A stretch of DNA of 64,000 bases, from assembly GCF_036321535.1 (NCBI RefSeq), contig NC_087437.1, forward strand, positions 70,992,001 to 71,056,000. Reading direction: 5' to 3'. Shown here in pieces: positions 37,760 through 49,830 of this stretch. Made by a program: the position numbers and the translations under genes. Position 1 is the stretch's first letter. The number at the start of each line of letters is the position of its first letter. The notes under the pieces are model-generated. The model worked only from the letters and a program-made list of their open reading frames with translations. It was not told the origin of the DNA and did not search any database. Source of the DNA: Camelus dromedarius. Lineage: Eukaryota.

Positions 37760-39019
37760 GCTCAGATATCCTCCCCACCAGACCGGTGCTCCCAATCCCC
37801 AGAGACGAGGAGTCTAAGCTGTGAGTGGCTCACAGCTGCTCTTCCTCTGGAGAATCGCTCTTGGATCTCTCTGGGCGAGCAGCCAGCAATCAATGACTGA
37901 CTGAGGTGGGTTTTCAAAAGGCCAGCTCCCTCCTCAAGGTCTGAGCAAATCTGCAAACAAGTCTTGCTTCAATCACATCTCCAGATGAGACCACACCCCT
38001 TAGCCCTACCCTGCTTCCTTCACTACCCTCCATCTGAGAGCCCATCCCAATAAGTCACTCTCATCAGAATTCACGTCATGCTCTATTTCTGGGATCTGAT
38101 CTCAAATAGCTGCCCCTGGGAATGGCCCTAGAAGACAGACTCGAAGGGTGGGATTGTGGAGGGGAATCCCTCACCAGCTGGATGGGAATGTGAACCCCAC
38201 CACCAGTATGAAATGGGATGGGACATAGATGGGAGAAGATTATGAGCTGGTAAGACATCTTGACATTTGAGAAGCGTGGGGCAGATAGTACTTTTGGGGA
38301 CTATAGGATTGGGTAGCTTTTACTTAATTCCACTGATGTACTGAGAAGAGGCTGTGACACATCTACCAGCAACTGAAAGCAAAGTGTGAGAGTCAAAGCT
38401 ACTCCCTGGCAGCATTTAAAGAAATGCAGCTGTAGCACTGCTGACCAGACAGAGGACCTAATTATAAGAGGGACAGAACTTCAAAGAAGGCTGAATCCTA
38501 AGCCTGGGTAAGTCTCCTATGTCAAAATCAGGGTCTTGGTGGGAAAGGAGGGATCTCTGTGACTAAGAGGAGGATCTCTGGGTAAATGGACTTGAGAGCC
38601 TTGAGCCACCATCCGGAGTTGCAGAAGTGGCCCCTTCCCCTTGATGGCAGATGGGCCCTGTCAGGACATGCTTCCACCTCCCCTACTGGCCACTGGCCCA
38701 AAATTAGGGAAAATCTCAGCCTGCAGTAACTGAGGGAGTGCTGGGCATGCTGAGGGAGGAGGGAGTGGAACAAAAGGACCTGGCTAACACGCACAGAGGA
38801 ACTGGGAGAGTACGTCTGGGAGGGATCAGGGCTGGGTGAGTAGAACTTAAAACTGGGTGAGGGATCATTTGTTACTATTGGGACACATCCCACAACTCAA
38901 GGTTTAATACCCTCACAAGGGCCCCGGGACACTGCTGTCAATAGAGACGCCAACAGTGCTTTGGAAAACTATGGAAGAAATGAAATGCTCAGAGAAGTGG
39001 GGATGCTATAATGGACCCA
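37760..39019 (+). mobile_element. Probable ancient ERVL (LTR16-like LTR plus internal remnant)
   Basis: LTR-like 3' end (CCCAATAAGTCACT...TATTTCTGGGATCTGATCT) followed by decayed gag-like purine-rich sequence. Family assignment is weak. Confidence 0.35.
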
Positions 39020-39868
39020 CGTGAAATAATAGAAACATATATACTGGTCTCTACCCCCAGTTCCTGCTAATATTTGGTCTTTATTAACCCCAGTTTCTGA
39101 CACAGAGCCTTAAACTCCTATAATATCCTGAGTGATACGGATGTCATACACTGGGCTCCTAAATCCATTGGACTATCGTGGGACGGGACTGTCTTTTGGT
39201 CCAGTGAGGTAACTTTCAGTGGATTCCTGAATGGAGACTGGGTATCACCACCTGGAACTTCCAGCTTTACCCTCCATTATCCAGAGATGGGGGAAAGCTG
39301 GAAAATGAGCAAATAACCAATCACATCTATGTGATGAAGTCTCCATAAAGACCCCTGAAGTATGGGATGTGGAGGTGCTGAATACATCTATATGCTGGAA
39401 GGGTGGCACCCCCAGCTCCATGGGGACAGAAGGTCCTGTGCTCGGGACCCTTCAAGACCTCACCCCTATGTGTCTCCTTCATTTGGCTATTCATCTGTAT
39501 CCTTTATCAAATTCTTTATTCTATAATAAACTGGTAGATGTAAGGAAGTGTTCCCCTGAGTTCTGAGAGCTGTCTCAGCAAATTATCAAATTTGAGGAGG
39601 GGGTTGTGGGAACCTCAATTTATAGCCAGTCGGTCAGACTTGCAACCAGCATCTGAAGTGGGGGCAGTCTTGTAGGACTGAGCCCCTAACTTGTGGGATC
39701 TGATGTTGACTCCAAGTAGGTAGTGTCAGAAATGGACTGATTATAGGACACCCAGATTGTGCAAAAGAACTGCTCGGTGTGGGAATAAACCCACACATCT
39801 GGTGTCAGAAGTGTTCTGTGTGGTGCCAAGAGTAGAGAAGAGGAAAAAACAGAGCTTTTCCCAATACA
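39020..39868. mobile_element. MER21-like LTR
   Basis: TGGTCTCTACCCCCAGTTCCTG...GGGTGGCACCCCCAGCTCCATGGGGACAGAAG...TATAATAAACTGGTA...CCCACACATCTGGTGTCAGAAGTG. Confidence 0.75.
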
Positions 39869-39879
39869 ACCTGCTAAAT

Positions 39880-40165
39880 CAGGGATTGGCAGATGAAGGC
39901 CCATAGGTCAAATCTAGGGCACCACGGACTTTTGTATTGCCCATGAGCTAAAAATAGATTTTATATTTTACAGTGGTTGAAAAACTTCAAAAGAAGAATG
40001 GTATTTTATTAAACACAAAAATTATATGAAATTCAAATTTCAGTGTTTATAAATAAAGGTTTATTGAAACACAGCCATGCTCATTTATTTGCATATTGTC
40101 TGTGGTGCTTTCACACTACGATGGCAGAGTTGTATCCTTGCAACAGAGACCCGATGACCCACAAA
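39880..40165. mobile_element. hAT-Charlie MITE, MER58-like
   Basis: CAGGGATTGGCA...AAATAAAGGTTTATTGAAACACAGCCATGCTCATTTATTT...GCAACAGAGACC. Confidence 0.75.
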
Positions 40166-40207
40166 AGATATGTGTGTGTGTGTATGTGTATATGTGTGTG
40201 TGTGCGT

Positions 40208-40675
40208 GGCATAATGGCATATTACTCGTGTATTAAAAAGAATGAAGTAATCCCATTTGCAGCAACATGGATGGACCTAGAGATTATCATACCAAGTGAG
40301 GTAAGTCCAACATAGAAAGATGAGTATCATGTGATATCACTTATATGTGGAATCTTAAAAAAATGATATAAACAACTTATTTACAAAATAGAAACACACT
40401 CACAGAAGAGAAAACAAACTATGGTTACAAAGGGGAAAGGGAGTTATAGGGATAAATTAGGAGTTTGGGATTAGCAGATACAAACTACTATGTATAAAAT
40501 AGTTAAACAAGGTCCTACTGTATAGCCAAAAAAACTATATTCAGTATGTTGTAATAACCTACCATGGAAAATAATGTGAAAAAGAATATATGTATGTATA
40601 ACTGAATCACTTCACTATATACCTGAAACTAACACAACAGTGTAAATCAACTATGGTTCAATTTAAAAAAAAAAT
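40208..40675 (+). mobile_element. 5'-truncated L1: ORF2 C-terminus, 3' UTR and poly(A)
   Basis: Translation YYSCIKKNEVIPFAATWMDLEIIIPSEVS is the L1 ORF2 end. Artiodactyl-type 3' UTR GGGATAAATTAGGAGTTTGGGATTAGCAGATAC; A tail at ~40665. Confidence 0.9.
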
Positions 40676-40679
40676 AGGA

Positions 40680-42540
40680 GTTCTGCTTCCGGTAGAACTA
40701 TGTTGCTTTGAAACAACCTTTCCATTGAGAACAGCTGGAAAAGCTGAACAAAATATTAGAAACATCTATTTGTAGTAATCAGAAATCTACCAGATCAGTG
40801 AGAAATCTGAGGGCTGGGGAGCAAGATCCAGGAATAGGAAGTCCAGAGGGGTGAGATGAGCATTTGGGGAGATTTTCTCCTAGAGAAATTGCCTGAAAGT
40901 TACAGCTGAGAGGCAGATAAGCTACAGAGATTCTAGCTGGAGGGACAAAATTTAGAGTTCAGAAACCACCAAGGAGAGGAGACTTGGCAATACCACAGGC
41001 TTGAGTCGGGACCCTGAAGGACTACCCCCTACAAGTAAGGAAGTACCAGAAATTAAGTTCAGTTTTAAATCTTCTCACCATGATTTAATTAAAGTGACGG
41101 GAATGCTAGTACCTGCAGACCAGTCATCTGATAGAAGCAAAAAGGAATCTTCTCTAGAGGAAGGTGATATTAACACCTCAAGTTACTGCTACTAGTTTTC
41201 ATGTAGAAAGTGTAGCACTCAATGAAAAGTAAACAGTCAAGAAGATGGGTCCAAAAAACAAGCAAAAGGAGAGAATATTAAAAGACCCACGGAGAACTCA
41301 ATTAATAGGATTATCAGGCACAGACTTCAAAATAACTATGATTAATATTTTCAAAGAATTCAAAACAAGATTGAGAATTTTGGCAGACTGTAAACTATTC
41401 AAACAAAGGACAAAATAGGAGTCCTGGAGCTGAAAAATATGATAGCAGAAATGAAGAACTTAACAGATGGATTTAACAGAAGATTAGATACATCAAAGAA
41501 GATATTTAGTAAACTGGAAGGCATGTCCAAAGAAAACATTTGATGAGACAAGTGGATGGAAAATACAAAAAAGAGGGTAAGGGACGTGGGAAAAAGTGAA
41601 AATGTTGAAAATACCACCTGTGATTAGAATTCTGGAAGGAAAAGAAAGCAAGGACAGAGAAATAATATATGAAGAAATAATAGCCAAGAATGACAAAAAC
41701 TAACAAATGATATCAAGCCACAAATTCAAACAGCACTCCAAACCCCAAACAGAATAAAAACACTGATAGCTTTATTCAATTATATCACTGTGCAATTACT
41801 GAAAATCACTGAATATCAAAGAGAAAGAAATTTTTTAAAGAGCCAGAAAAGAACATATATCTTCCAAGGAGCAAAAATAAGACTCTCATATAATTTCTCA
41901 ACAGAAATATGAGAAGCCAGAGACAATGGAACAATATTTCCCACGTGCTGAAAGAAAATTACCAGCAAAGAACTCTATGCCCAGCAAAACAAATATATCA
42001 CTTTTAAATTAAGGAAAAATTAAGACATTTTCAGACAAACAAAAAGCAAGATAATTCATCACTAGCATGCCTGCCTTCAAGGAAATACTAAAGGATATTC
42101 TTTAGGCAGAAGGAAAACGACCCTAGTTATAACACAGGACATGCAGGAAGACATGAAGAGCAACAGAAGGGGTAAATCTAAGTGAATATTGACTCATAAG
42201 ACAATTACCATTTCTTTGGGGTTTAAAATTTAGAGAGAACTAAAATACATGACAACAACAGCAATAAGTTGGGGAGGTAGGTGAAGAGATAATGTGTTCT
42301 AAGGTTTCTGCAAAATCCAAGAAATGATAAAAGTACTAATACATATTGGACTTTAATAAGTCAAGGGTCTATTTTGTAATCTGTAGCATAACCACTTAAA
42401 GAAAAGGAAAAGTGCATAACTACTAAACAGATCTTTTTAATAATAAGTACTTAATTCAAAAAACAGGAAGAAAGAGTAGAGGGGGGAAAAATACAGGCAA
42501 AACAAACACGAAGAAAACAAGGTGATAAGTTGCAAACCCA
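40680..42540 (+). mobile_element. Old L1M 5' region with decayed ORF1
   Basis: A-rich with ORF1-like remnants (AGAAGCCAGAGACAATGGAACAATATTTC...GAACTCTATGCCCAGCAAAAC...AAGACATTTTCAGACAAACAAAA), many stops. Confidence 0.7.
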
Positions 42541-42859
42541 CCTACATCAGGAGTAACAGCACCAAGTACCAGTCCAGAGAGAGCAAAGTGGGGCTGCAGA
42601 GTTGAGTTGTTAGTTGAGCGGAACCAGAGTTGGAGGGAAAGTGAGTCAGGCGCTGGGGAGGAGGATCTGGAATGAGGTGGAAAACACCGTTGGGAATCAA
42701 AGGCTGACCTTCCCCGGAATGTTTTAGTGACTTGAATGAAGGCACCTGGGATGGCTCTAAAGGCCCGAGAGGGCAGACGCAACAAGGAGCAGGAATTCTT
42801 TCACTCATCCTAATCAGCAGGTTCTAGTTATGACACAAGGACATGGATATGTTCCTTCA

Positions 42860-43050
42860 CGGTTTACAAAGCTTTCACATGCAATGTGCCACCTGCCCAT
42901 CACAGCCCTGTGACAGAGAGCCAGCGGAATCATAATCCCCATTTTATAGGTCAAGACGTGAGACCTGGGAGATTAAACAACATCCCTATCGTCACACACT
43001 TGATGCTGAGATTAGAAGCTTCCAGTTCCCCATCCAGTACTCTTTAGCCA
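42860..43050 (+). mobile_element. MIR SINE
   Basis: CACAGCCCTGTGA...ATCCCCATTTTATAGG...GAGA...GTCACAC. Confidence 0.6.
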
Positions 43051-43548
43051 CGTGATCTCTTAAGCTAGAGTAACAGAGGATTTACAACCTCCTGATCTTG
43101 CTATGTACCTTTTACTCCTAAATTTTTGGAGTGTTTATTTCTTATCCAACAGAAGTGCTAGGTAGCCTAGCACAACTAAAGGGTTGTTAAAACTGAATAA
43201 GCAAATGTTCAAAAACCCTGGCACAGATGCAAGTTTGCAACAAACTGACAGCAGATAAATCAAACTCTCAGAGGAATGGCTCAAGCAACAGGCAGGAGCC
43301 AGGAATTGCAGGTGACAGCAAGATGGGGAGGATATAGATCCAATCTTTCAGGGGCTCCCAGACAAGGGAAGGGACGGAAAGAGAGCATAGACAATGCCAC
43401 TAAAGGGCAGAAGGAGGACCATGAAGAAGACACAAAGAGCAGTGGAGGAGATCACATCTGGGTCTCTCTCTGGACAGAAAGGGGACATGGAAGGACCAGG
43501 GGGCAGGGGTGGGGTGTCCAGGACTGAATGTGCAGCCAGAGTCATTAC

Positions 43549-43655
43549 CTTTCGGGCCACTGTGACCACCACAATGACTGCTGTGCAGATGACCACCAGC
43601 GCTGTGGCCGTGGCTCCAAGCAAAGGGACCAGGAACCCAGCGCTGTGCTCAGCCA
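43549..43655 (-). CDS. TIGIT: TIGIT exon 3 (stalk and transmembrane helix)
   Basis: 107 nt, acceptor TCTTCCCTCTAG, donor AAG|GTAATG. Translation VAEHSAGFLVPLLGATATALVVICTAVIVVVTVARK. Confidence 0.94.
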
Positions 43656-45029
43656 CTAGAGGGAAGACAAGATAAAGGTGAGTGAGCCGAGGCCAGAAAC
43701 AAAGGGCAGCCATGACCCGGGGGAGCCTCAGTGTCCAGGCACGGGCGTGGAGGCTGGCCAGGCCTTTCTCTGACCACAGGTCTGGAGTCTTTCAGCCCAG
43801 CTCTTTGGACAGTGGAGCATCTACCTGGCCCATCATGAAATCAAAGACTGAGTTCTCGAGGGGCGTACACTTGACACCAGGGCAGACCGTTTTCCATACG
43901 CCCCTCTCCTGTTTGACAAAATCACTTTCATACTCACTTCGTAATAGTCATGAAATGAAACAAACTGCACCCAGAAAAAAGCAGAAAATGAACATTTTCT
44001 TTTATTAAACTTCATATTTGTAATCAAACTAGTAAAAAAAGTTTAATTAAAAATTAAATTAATATTAAAGTACAAAGAAAAAAAAAAGCATAAGTCTTTC
44101 CCCTTAAGCCTGTCAGGCTTACTCCAGCCAGGCTGGGAGACCCCGGAGGGAGTGGGGGGGGCAGCTTTTCCTTTTCTGTTTTGCCAGCACCTGGCACCCA
44201 GCAGGTGCTCAATAAATATTTGTGACATGAATTAAAGCACAAACAAATGAATTTCCATTAAGATGTAAAATGTAAATGGAAGGAGAAAGAATTAGGAAGG
44301 GAGTTTTGAAGAGATGAGTGGTACCTGACCCAAGGAGAGCATGAGGGAAACAGGACAACTGTCAGGATGTGCACTGCGCTGTGGGTGGAAAGGTTTCCAG
44401 GCTGCCTCATCCCATCTCCACCTCCCTCCCAGGAATTCGGGCAGAACCCAGGGGTCTAAGGCAGTCTCCAGAGAAGGGTGTAGCAGAGGCCAGGCCCTCT
44501 TCTCTCTAACAAAGGGCTTAGGTTTCTAGGAAGATGGTTAAGGCAAGAGATCACTTAGGAAGGGCAATGCCCACGGTAGCCACAGGGACCGGGAAGGGGG
44601 AGCCAAATCCCCCAGAATGTGTTCCTCCTGCCCTGAGGACTCAGTCTCCTGCCTGGCCACAGGTAGGGAAAGAGGGCTGACGGAGAGCAAAGCTGGAGCC
44701 GGTCAGAGCGGGGCAGAGGGCCATCTGCAGAACCAGAGGAGGATCTGGGCTCTTCCCCACTTGCTGCATTGGCCTCTGTCAGGGCTCCAGAAGAAGTAGC
44801 ATTTGAGAAGAAACTTTAAGGTAAGTTTTATCTTCTCAGTTTACACACATTTTGCTAACTTATAAAACTTAATCTCCAACACAAGCAATGGCAGCAAATA
44901 GCAGTTCTAAGGGTGGGGCTGAGGGGAACCAGAACACCCATGTTATTGTCAGCTCTGCTGCTCTGAGCCACTGCCAAGCCTCAGCTTCCACCTCCACCAG
45001 ACAGTCAAATGGGAATCAGGGAGTCATAT

Positions 45030-45270
45030 TCACAGCTAACATCATGCTTACCATGTTCCAGGGGCTGTTCTAAGGGCATTTTCTTTCAGTAAGTAATTCA
45101 GTCCTATGTTAGCACCTTATAAGGTCTTACATCTCTTCCTCATTTCAAAGATGAGAAAAACCATGTGCAGAGAAGCTCAGTAATCCTCTCTGAGGTCAAC
45201 AGCAACACCAGGATTTGGACCCAGGCTGTCTGGCGTAAGAGTCTGAGCTCACCACCACTCTGCTATCCTG
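45030..45270 (+). mobile_element. MIR SINE
   Basis: CTCATTTCAAAGATGAGAAAA...GAGGTCA...CAGGATTTGGACCCAGGCTGTCTGG. Confidence 0.65.
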
Positions 45271-45558
45271 TCTCTCAGTCACGATTTAACAATCCTTTCC
45301 CCACCCTCCAGACGACTGGGTTCAGTGTCCAGGTGGCTAATGAAGGGGAGAGCATTTTGGAAACTATGAAATACCACACAAATGTAAATTATTGTACATT
45401 GATGCTTAGCAAACACTGGGCTCTAATCCTTTACAAATTTAGGGGCTAATTCTAATTTGCATAATTGATGCTAAACTAATTAACTAGAACCCTTCTCCAA
45501 TGACCAGAACAACTGGTCTTCCCAACAAATAAACATAAGACATGTTTCCTACCCAAAA

Positions 45559-45735
45559 CAGTGGTTCACAATACCCTCTGCACATTCAAATGGGGGATGT
45601 TTTTAGAACCCAACACAACCTGCCCTGGCCCTAGAGATTCTGACCCAACTGGTCTGGGATGGGGCACCAGCATCAGTATCATTTAAAAGCTCCCTGGTAA
45701 TTCGAACGTGAACCAGGGTTGGGAGGCCCTACTCT
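45559..45735. mobile_element. MER5-like hAT-Charlie MITE
   Basis: CAGTGGTTCACAA...AGAGATTCTGA...GGTCTGGGATGGGGC...AAAAGCTCCCTGGTAATTC...CCAGGGTTGGGA. Confidence 0.7.
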
Positions 45736-45809
45736 GCAGTGTTCAGCAGGAATGCATTTTCTCTCCTAGTGGACGAGGATCATCAGCCACCCGGCTCAAG
45801 GCGACATAC

Positions 45810-46139
45810 CTGAGCTTTGTAGGACTTCCAGAAAGAGTATCCCTTTGTAAATCCCGTCAGGGTAGGTGTGATAGATACAGGAGTACTCTCCTGTGTCGTT
45901 CATGGTCAGCAACCGGAGGGTGAGGCCCAGGTGGGGGCCTGGGACCACTCGCTCTGTGAAGGCTGGGTCGATGTGCCACCCCAAGTTAGTGTGATGAATG
46001 GCCAGGGCGTGGTCCTGCTGCTCCCAGTTGACTTGAGTCACTTTGGCAGTGGTGGAGGAGAGGTGACACTGTAAGGTGACAGAGCCACCTTCCTCTGCAG
46101 AAATGTTCCCCGTTGTTACTATTCTGCCTGTCACGGCGC
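45810..46139 (-). CDS. TIGIT: TIGIT exon 2 (IgV domain)
   Basis: 330-nt phase 1-1 exon with acceptor TTTTCTCCCTTCCCTAG and donor CAG|GTATGT. Has PVR-family motifs VTQ, AX6G (AIHHTNLG) and TYP, the Ig cysteines (LQC, YSC), and sequons NIS and NDT. Confidence 0.96.
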
Positions 46140-46168
46140 CTAGGGAAGGGAGAAAAGCATGCATTTTT

Positions 46169-46470
46169 TTTTTGTGCTGTTTTTTTTAAATTGCAGTACA
46201 GTCAGTTTACAGTGTTGTGTCAATTTCAGGTGTACGGCAGTGTTTCAGTCATACACATACATGCATATATTTGTTTTCATATTCTTTTCCATTATAGGTT
46301 ACTACGAGGCATTGAATACAGTTCCCTGTGCTGTACAGTAGAAACTCATTTATTTATATATAGTAGCTAGTATCTGCAAATCTCGAACTCCCAATTTATT
46401 CCTTCCTACCCACTTTCCCCCAGTAACCCTACGTTTGTTTTCTGTATCTATGAACCTGTTTCTGTTCCGT
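46169..46470 (-). mobile_element. 5'-truncated L1 3' end in TIGIT intron 1, sense to TIGIT
   Basis: Same family as 36866-37157. Poly(T) on + at 46164-46187; TSD CATGCATTTTT (46158-46168) / CACGCATTTTT (46471-46481). Confidence 0.88.
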
Positions 46471-47426
46471 CACGCATTTTTAACAGCGGGTCTTGAAACT
46501 TCCTGTAGAAATTCCAAGGGGCTTAGAAGCCACAATTGGTTTTTGGAATGACAGTCTCTCCAGTCTGTCCTGTCACCCCCCCACCCCGTACAGACCATAA
46601 ATGCTACACAGCATAGCACTTCACCCTCTCAGGATACTCTTCTGGAATATATCTCCATGATGGGCATATTGATTATTTCCACACACTTACTTTGTCTCTC
46701 TACCTAGAATATAAGCCCTTGTCAGCCTCTGCCTCTGTTTTATTGTATCTTCCAACAGCCAGTTCTGTGCTGGGAACATTATCCTTTGAAGTAGAACCTG
46801 GTTGTTTTGGGTAACTGCCATTTGGGGAGCCTGGAAAAACCTTCTGAAAGCCAGGAAATCCAAAGGAAAGGAGGCTTGGAGAGGAGTCCTGTTTCTCCCA
46901 GGCAAAGCCACCCTCCTGGGCGCTGACCCCTATCCCCCCAGATGGTTCAGAAAGCAAAATGAAAAGCAAACTATATCACAGTTTTTAAATAGAAAGTAAC
47001 ACCCCAAGAAACATCCGTTTATGATTTTTTAAATAGAAGGAAATAGAGTAACTTAAACTCAGTCTATACTAGTAGGATCTCTGGAACCTGTGACGAAGAC
47101 ATTTTTGATCCACAGAGAACATACAATGTTTTTCTAGAAGTTTCCTCAAGGACAGAAGAAAGGAGACAAGCAGGAGTGAACTTCTGCCAGCAAACTCATC
47201 AGTCCCCCTCCTGCTTCTTTTCTTGAGCCAGTCAGGCACCTCCCAACCCCAAGTCCTTCATCCACCACCCAAGGCAGAATGGCGCCTCCTTCTCAGAGAC
47301 TGCCGTTTCTCACACTAGGGGACACCCGACTCTGAAAACGGGATTTCCTGCCCCAGACAGATGAGGTATAATTGCTCCAGCCGCTCTCCCTCTTCCTCCA
47401 GTTCCAGGCTAGACTTCAGGCCTTAC

Positions 47427-47490
47427 CTGAGGCGGGGAGGGGAGCCTGCCTCAGCCCCTGGGCCCAGATCAGGAGGAGACACCACTGCAT
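47427..47490 (-). CDS. TIGIT: TIGIT exon 1 (signal peptide MQWCLLLIWAQGLRQAPLPAS+G)
   Basis: ATG at 47490 (context GAAGC ATG C). 64 nt to the donor CAG|GTAAGG, phase 1. Resembles human MRWCLLLIWAQGLRQAPLASG. Confidence 0.93.
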
Positions 47491-47800
47491 GCTTCTGCCC
47501 AGGAGGCCGACAGGAAGCAGTTGTGGCCTCTTCTGCCACCGAAACTGGCCGACTGCAGATGGCAGGGTGAAACTGAGCCTATGAGGAGAGAGGGTCTCGG
47601 AAAAACCCAGTTCAGCAAAAACAGCGTCAAAGACAGTCAAAGCTCTCAACAAGTACACAAACTGCACAGGGCCAGCCACAAGAAAGACCATGAAGGAAAC
47701 ACACTGAAAAATAAACAAAAATGTGGTTAGAGGTACACTGGTCTTTGGACTACTATTAGTCAATCTACTGTTTTTAAGTTCTATCTCAATGTACTTTTTG
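47491..47800 (-). promoter_or_regulatory. TIGIT 5' UTR / proximal promoter region
   Basis: Directly upstream of exon 1 and free of TEs. Contains ETS-like CAGGAAG (47511-47517), RUNX TGTGGTT (47722-47728) and NFAT-like GGAAAA (~47599). Motif matches only. Confidence 0.45.
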
Positions 47801-49148
47801 TTTCGTCAGCCTTTATCCATCTAACGAGCTCAAGGGCCTCTATGTAGGGCCCTTGGCTCTGGAGAGCCTGTTCCTGATGGGGTTCACTGGGGTCCCCCAA
47901 CTCCATCCTGCTAAAGAGTGTGCAATGATAAGAGAAACCTAAGTTTGCGCTCTTAAAAGCCAGGATCTGCACTTGAAGTCAAATGAACTATGGAACAAGA
48001 GGCCTTGACTTCAGGAACAGGACACAGGTGGGATAAAAGTCTATCTCAAACAAAGCAGCTTTCCCCCGAAGGAAATAAGATCCCCGCTCCTTACTCTTAC
48101 CTCTTCTGTCTTGGTTATTTGGACTGAGAGGTTGTCGAATGCAGGCTTAGTCTCCATGACCCAGTAGAATCAGAAGAATGAGTTTCCTTGTGTGTGATGA
48201 CCCCGTGACGTCTGTGGAGGTAAAGAAGGGCGAGCCTCCGTTCCTGACCCTGGATTGGGATTCGCTGACATTTGCCTGGAGCTGCCAGTGCATCACCAAG
48301 TCCTACTGATCACCCATCTTCCCTTCCTGCTTCCCTCCCTCCCTTCTTCTAACTGTTCCTTCATTCATTCAAAAGTCCCTGAGTGCCTGAGAAGCGCCAG
48401 ACTCAACACTAGGCTCTGAGGTAGGAGGGTGAATAATCACAGCCCCTCAGACAGGCCACAGTCAAAGCTTGCTCTCCGGTGAAGCCACACTGAGGAGAGG
48501 AAGTGGAAGGTGCACTGTCATCTGCCTTCAGGGCTCGCCACTGCCACCTTGGGCATGCGCCATGGCGTATGTCTTAAAAGCCTGCTGCTCTGCCAGGGGG
48601 AACATCCAAAGCCTGGTGCTCTGCGTCTCATTCTAGCTGAGCACCAGAGCATTCCTTACCACCCAGGTTCCTGTCCTCTTTCTCTTCTGCAGGACGCTCC
48701 ATCTCAAACCAGTGTCCCCCTCTCCCTGGGTACTGCTCATCCCCAGCTCTGCACCATGATCCATGCACCCTCCACAACCCACCTCCAGTCCCTTAGAAAA
48801 CATATGCCTCATCAGCGTCTTCCTGCCTACCCCAATCCAACCTGTCTTTCGAGGCTCACATCAAGATACATCGCCTCCACCCCTTCGCGACAGCCACAGA
48901 GCCTGCAGCTGAAGGAGCTACAAGACCTAATGCATGTCCACCTGATGTGGGTCTAGAGATTGAACTGGCAGGGTATTTCCAAAACTGATTGCCAAGGCAG
49001 AGGAGCCAGGGGTGGGAAAGCCTATAGCAGCTCCCGGGAATAGAGCAGAGAGAGAGATGGTATCTGGGGTCTGGACTATAAAAAACTTACAGCCTCTGTT
49101 TCTACAGGGGAGGCGGGTAGAAACCACAGAGGCAGGACCTGTCTTACA

Positions 49149-49483
49149 CAGCTGGCCTTCTGTATCCGGGGGTTTTGCATCTGCAGATTCACCCAAATGC
49201 AGATCTAAAATATAAAATAAAATTAAAAATCCAGGAAGTTACAAACAGCAAAACTTGAATTTGTCATGTACCTTCAACTATTTACATAGCATTTATGTTG
49301 TACTTACAACTATTTACATAGCACTTACATGCTATTATGTATTATAAGTAACCTATAAATGATTTAAAGTATACGGGATGATATGCGTAGGTTATATGCA
49401 AATACTGCATCATTTTATATAAGGGATTTGAGCACCTGCAGGGCTCCTGGAACCAGTCTTCCACAGACACTGAAGGACAACTG
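49149..49483 (-). mobile_element. TcMar-Tigger MITE, MER2/MER2B-like
   Basis: Termini CAGCTGGCCTTCTGTATC ... GACACTGAAGGACAACTG followed by TA; internal GATTTAAAGTATACGGGATGATATGCGTAGGTTATATGCAAATAC. Confidence 0.85.
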
Positions 49484-49639
49484 TATAAAGAGAAAGCCAA
49501 AGAAATTTAGACTGGATTAAAGAATTGCTCTATTTGTTTCTAAGCAGTCAGTCCAAAGAGGAACATGGTCAAGTCCATTTTGATCCATGGTGCTCTCCAG
49601 AGACATATGAAATTAGTGATTAATACTCTATGGGATGAA

Positions 49640-49830
49640 AAATATCTGGGTCCAAATTCATTCTGGTTTGGTGACCATGGGAAATTACTTAACCTCCTTG
49701 AGCCTCAGTTTCCTCATCTGCAAATAAGCACAATAGTGTCCCCTCCTTACAGCCCTCCCCCCATAGGGTGGTTGTGAGGATTCAGTGAACTATCGTCTGG
49801 TGAGGTGTTTAGCACAATGCCTGGAACAGA
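49640..49830 (-). mobile_element. MIR SINE
   Basis: TTACTTAACCTCCTTGAGCCTCAGTTTCCTCATCTGCAAA...GTTGTGAGGATT...TTAGCACAATGCCTGG. Confidence 0.85.

Noticed and set aside
43366..43395. ITIM-like IVYALF in the intron 3 read-through peptide
   Set aside because: Position Y+3 is Phe rather than Leu/Val/Ile, and it lies within a hydrophobic segment.
45796..45809. Soluble TIGIT from intron 2 retention (…QSSGMSP*)
   Set aside because: An early intronic stop is expected by chance, I saw no close minus-strand PAS, and the donor GTATGT is adequate.
45979..46002. His in place of the human unpaired Cys in the AX6G motif, and an extra Tyr (EDYAE) in the tail
   Set aside because: As I recall, both positions differ between human and mouse as well, so this looks like ordinary orthologue variation.
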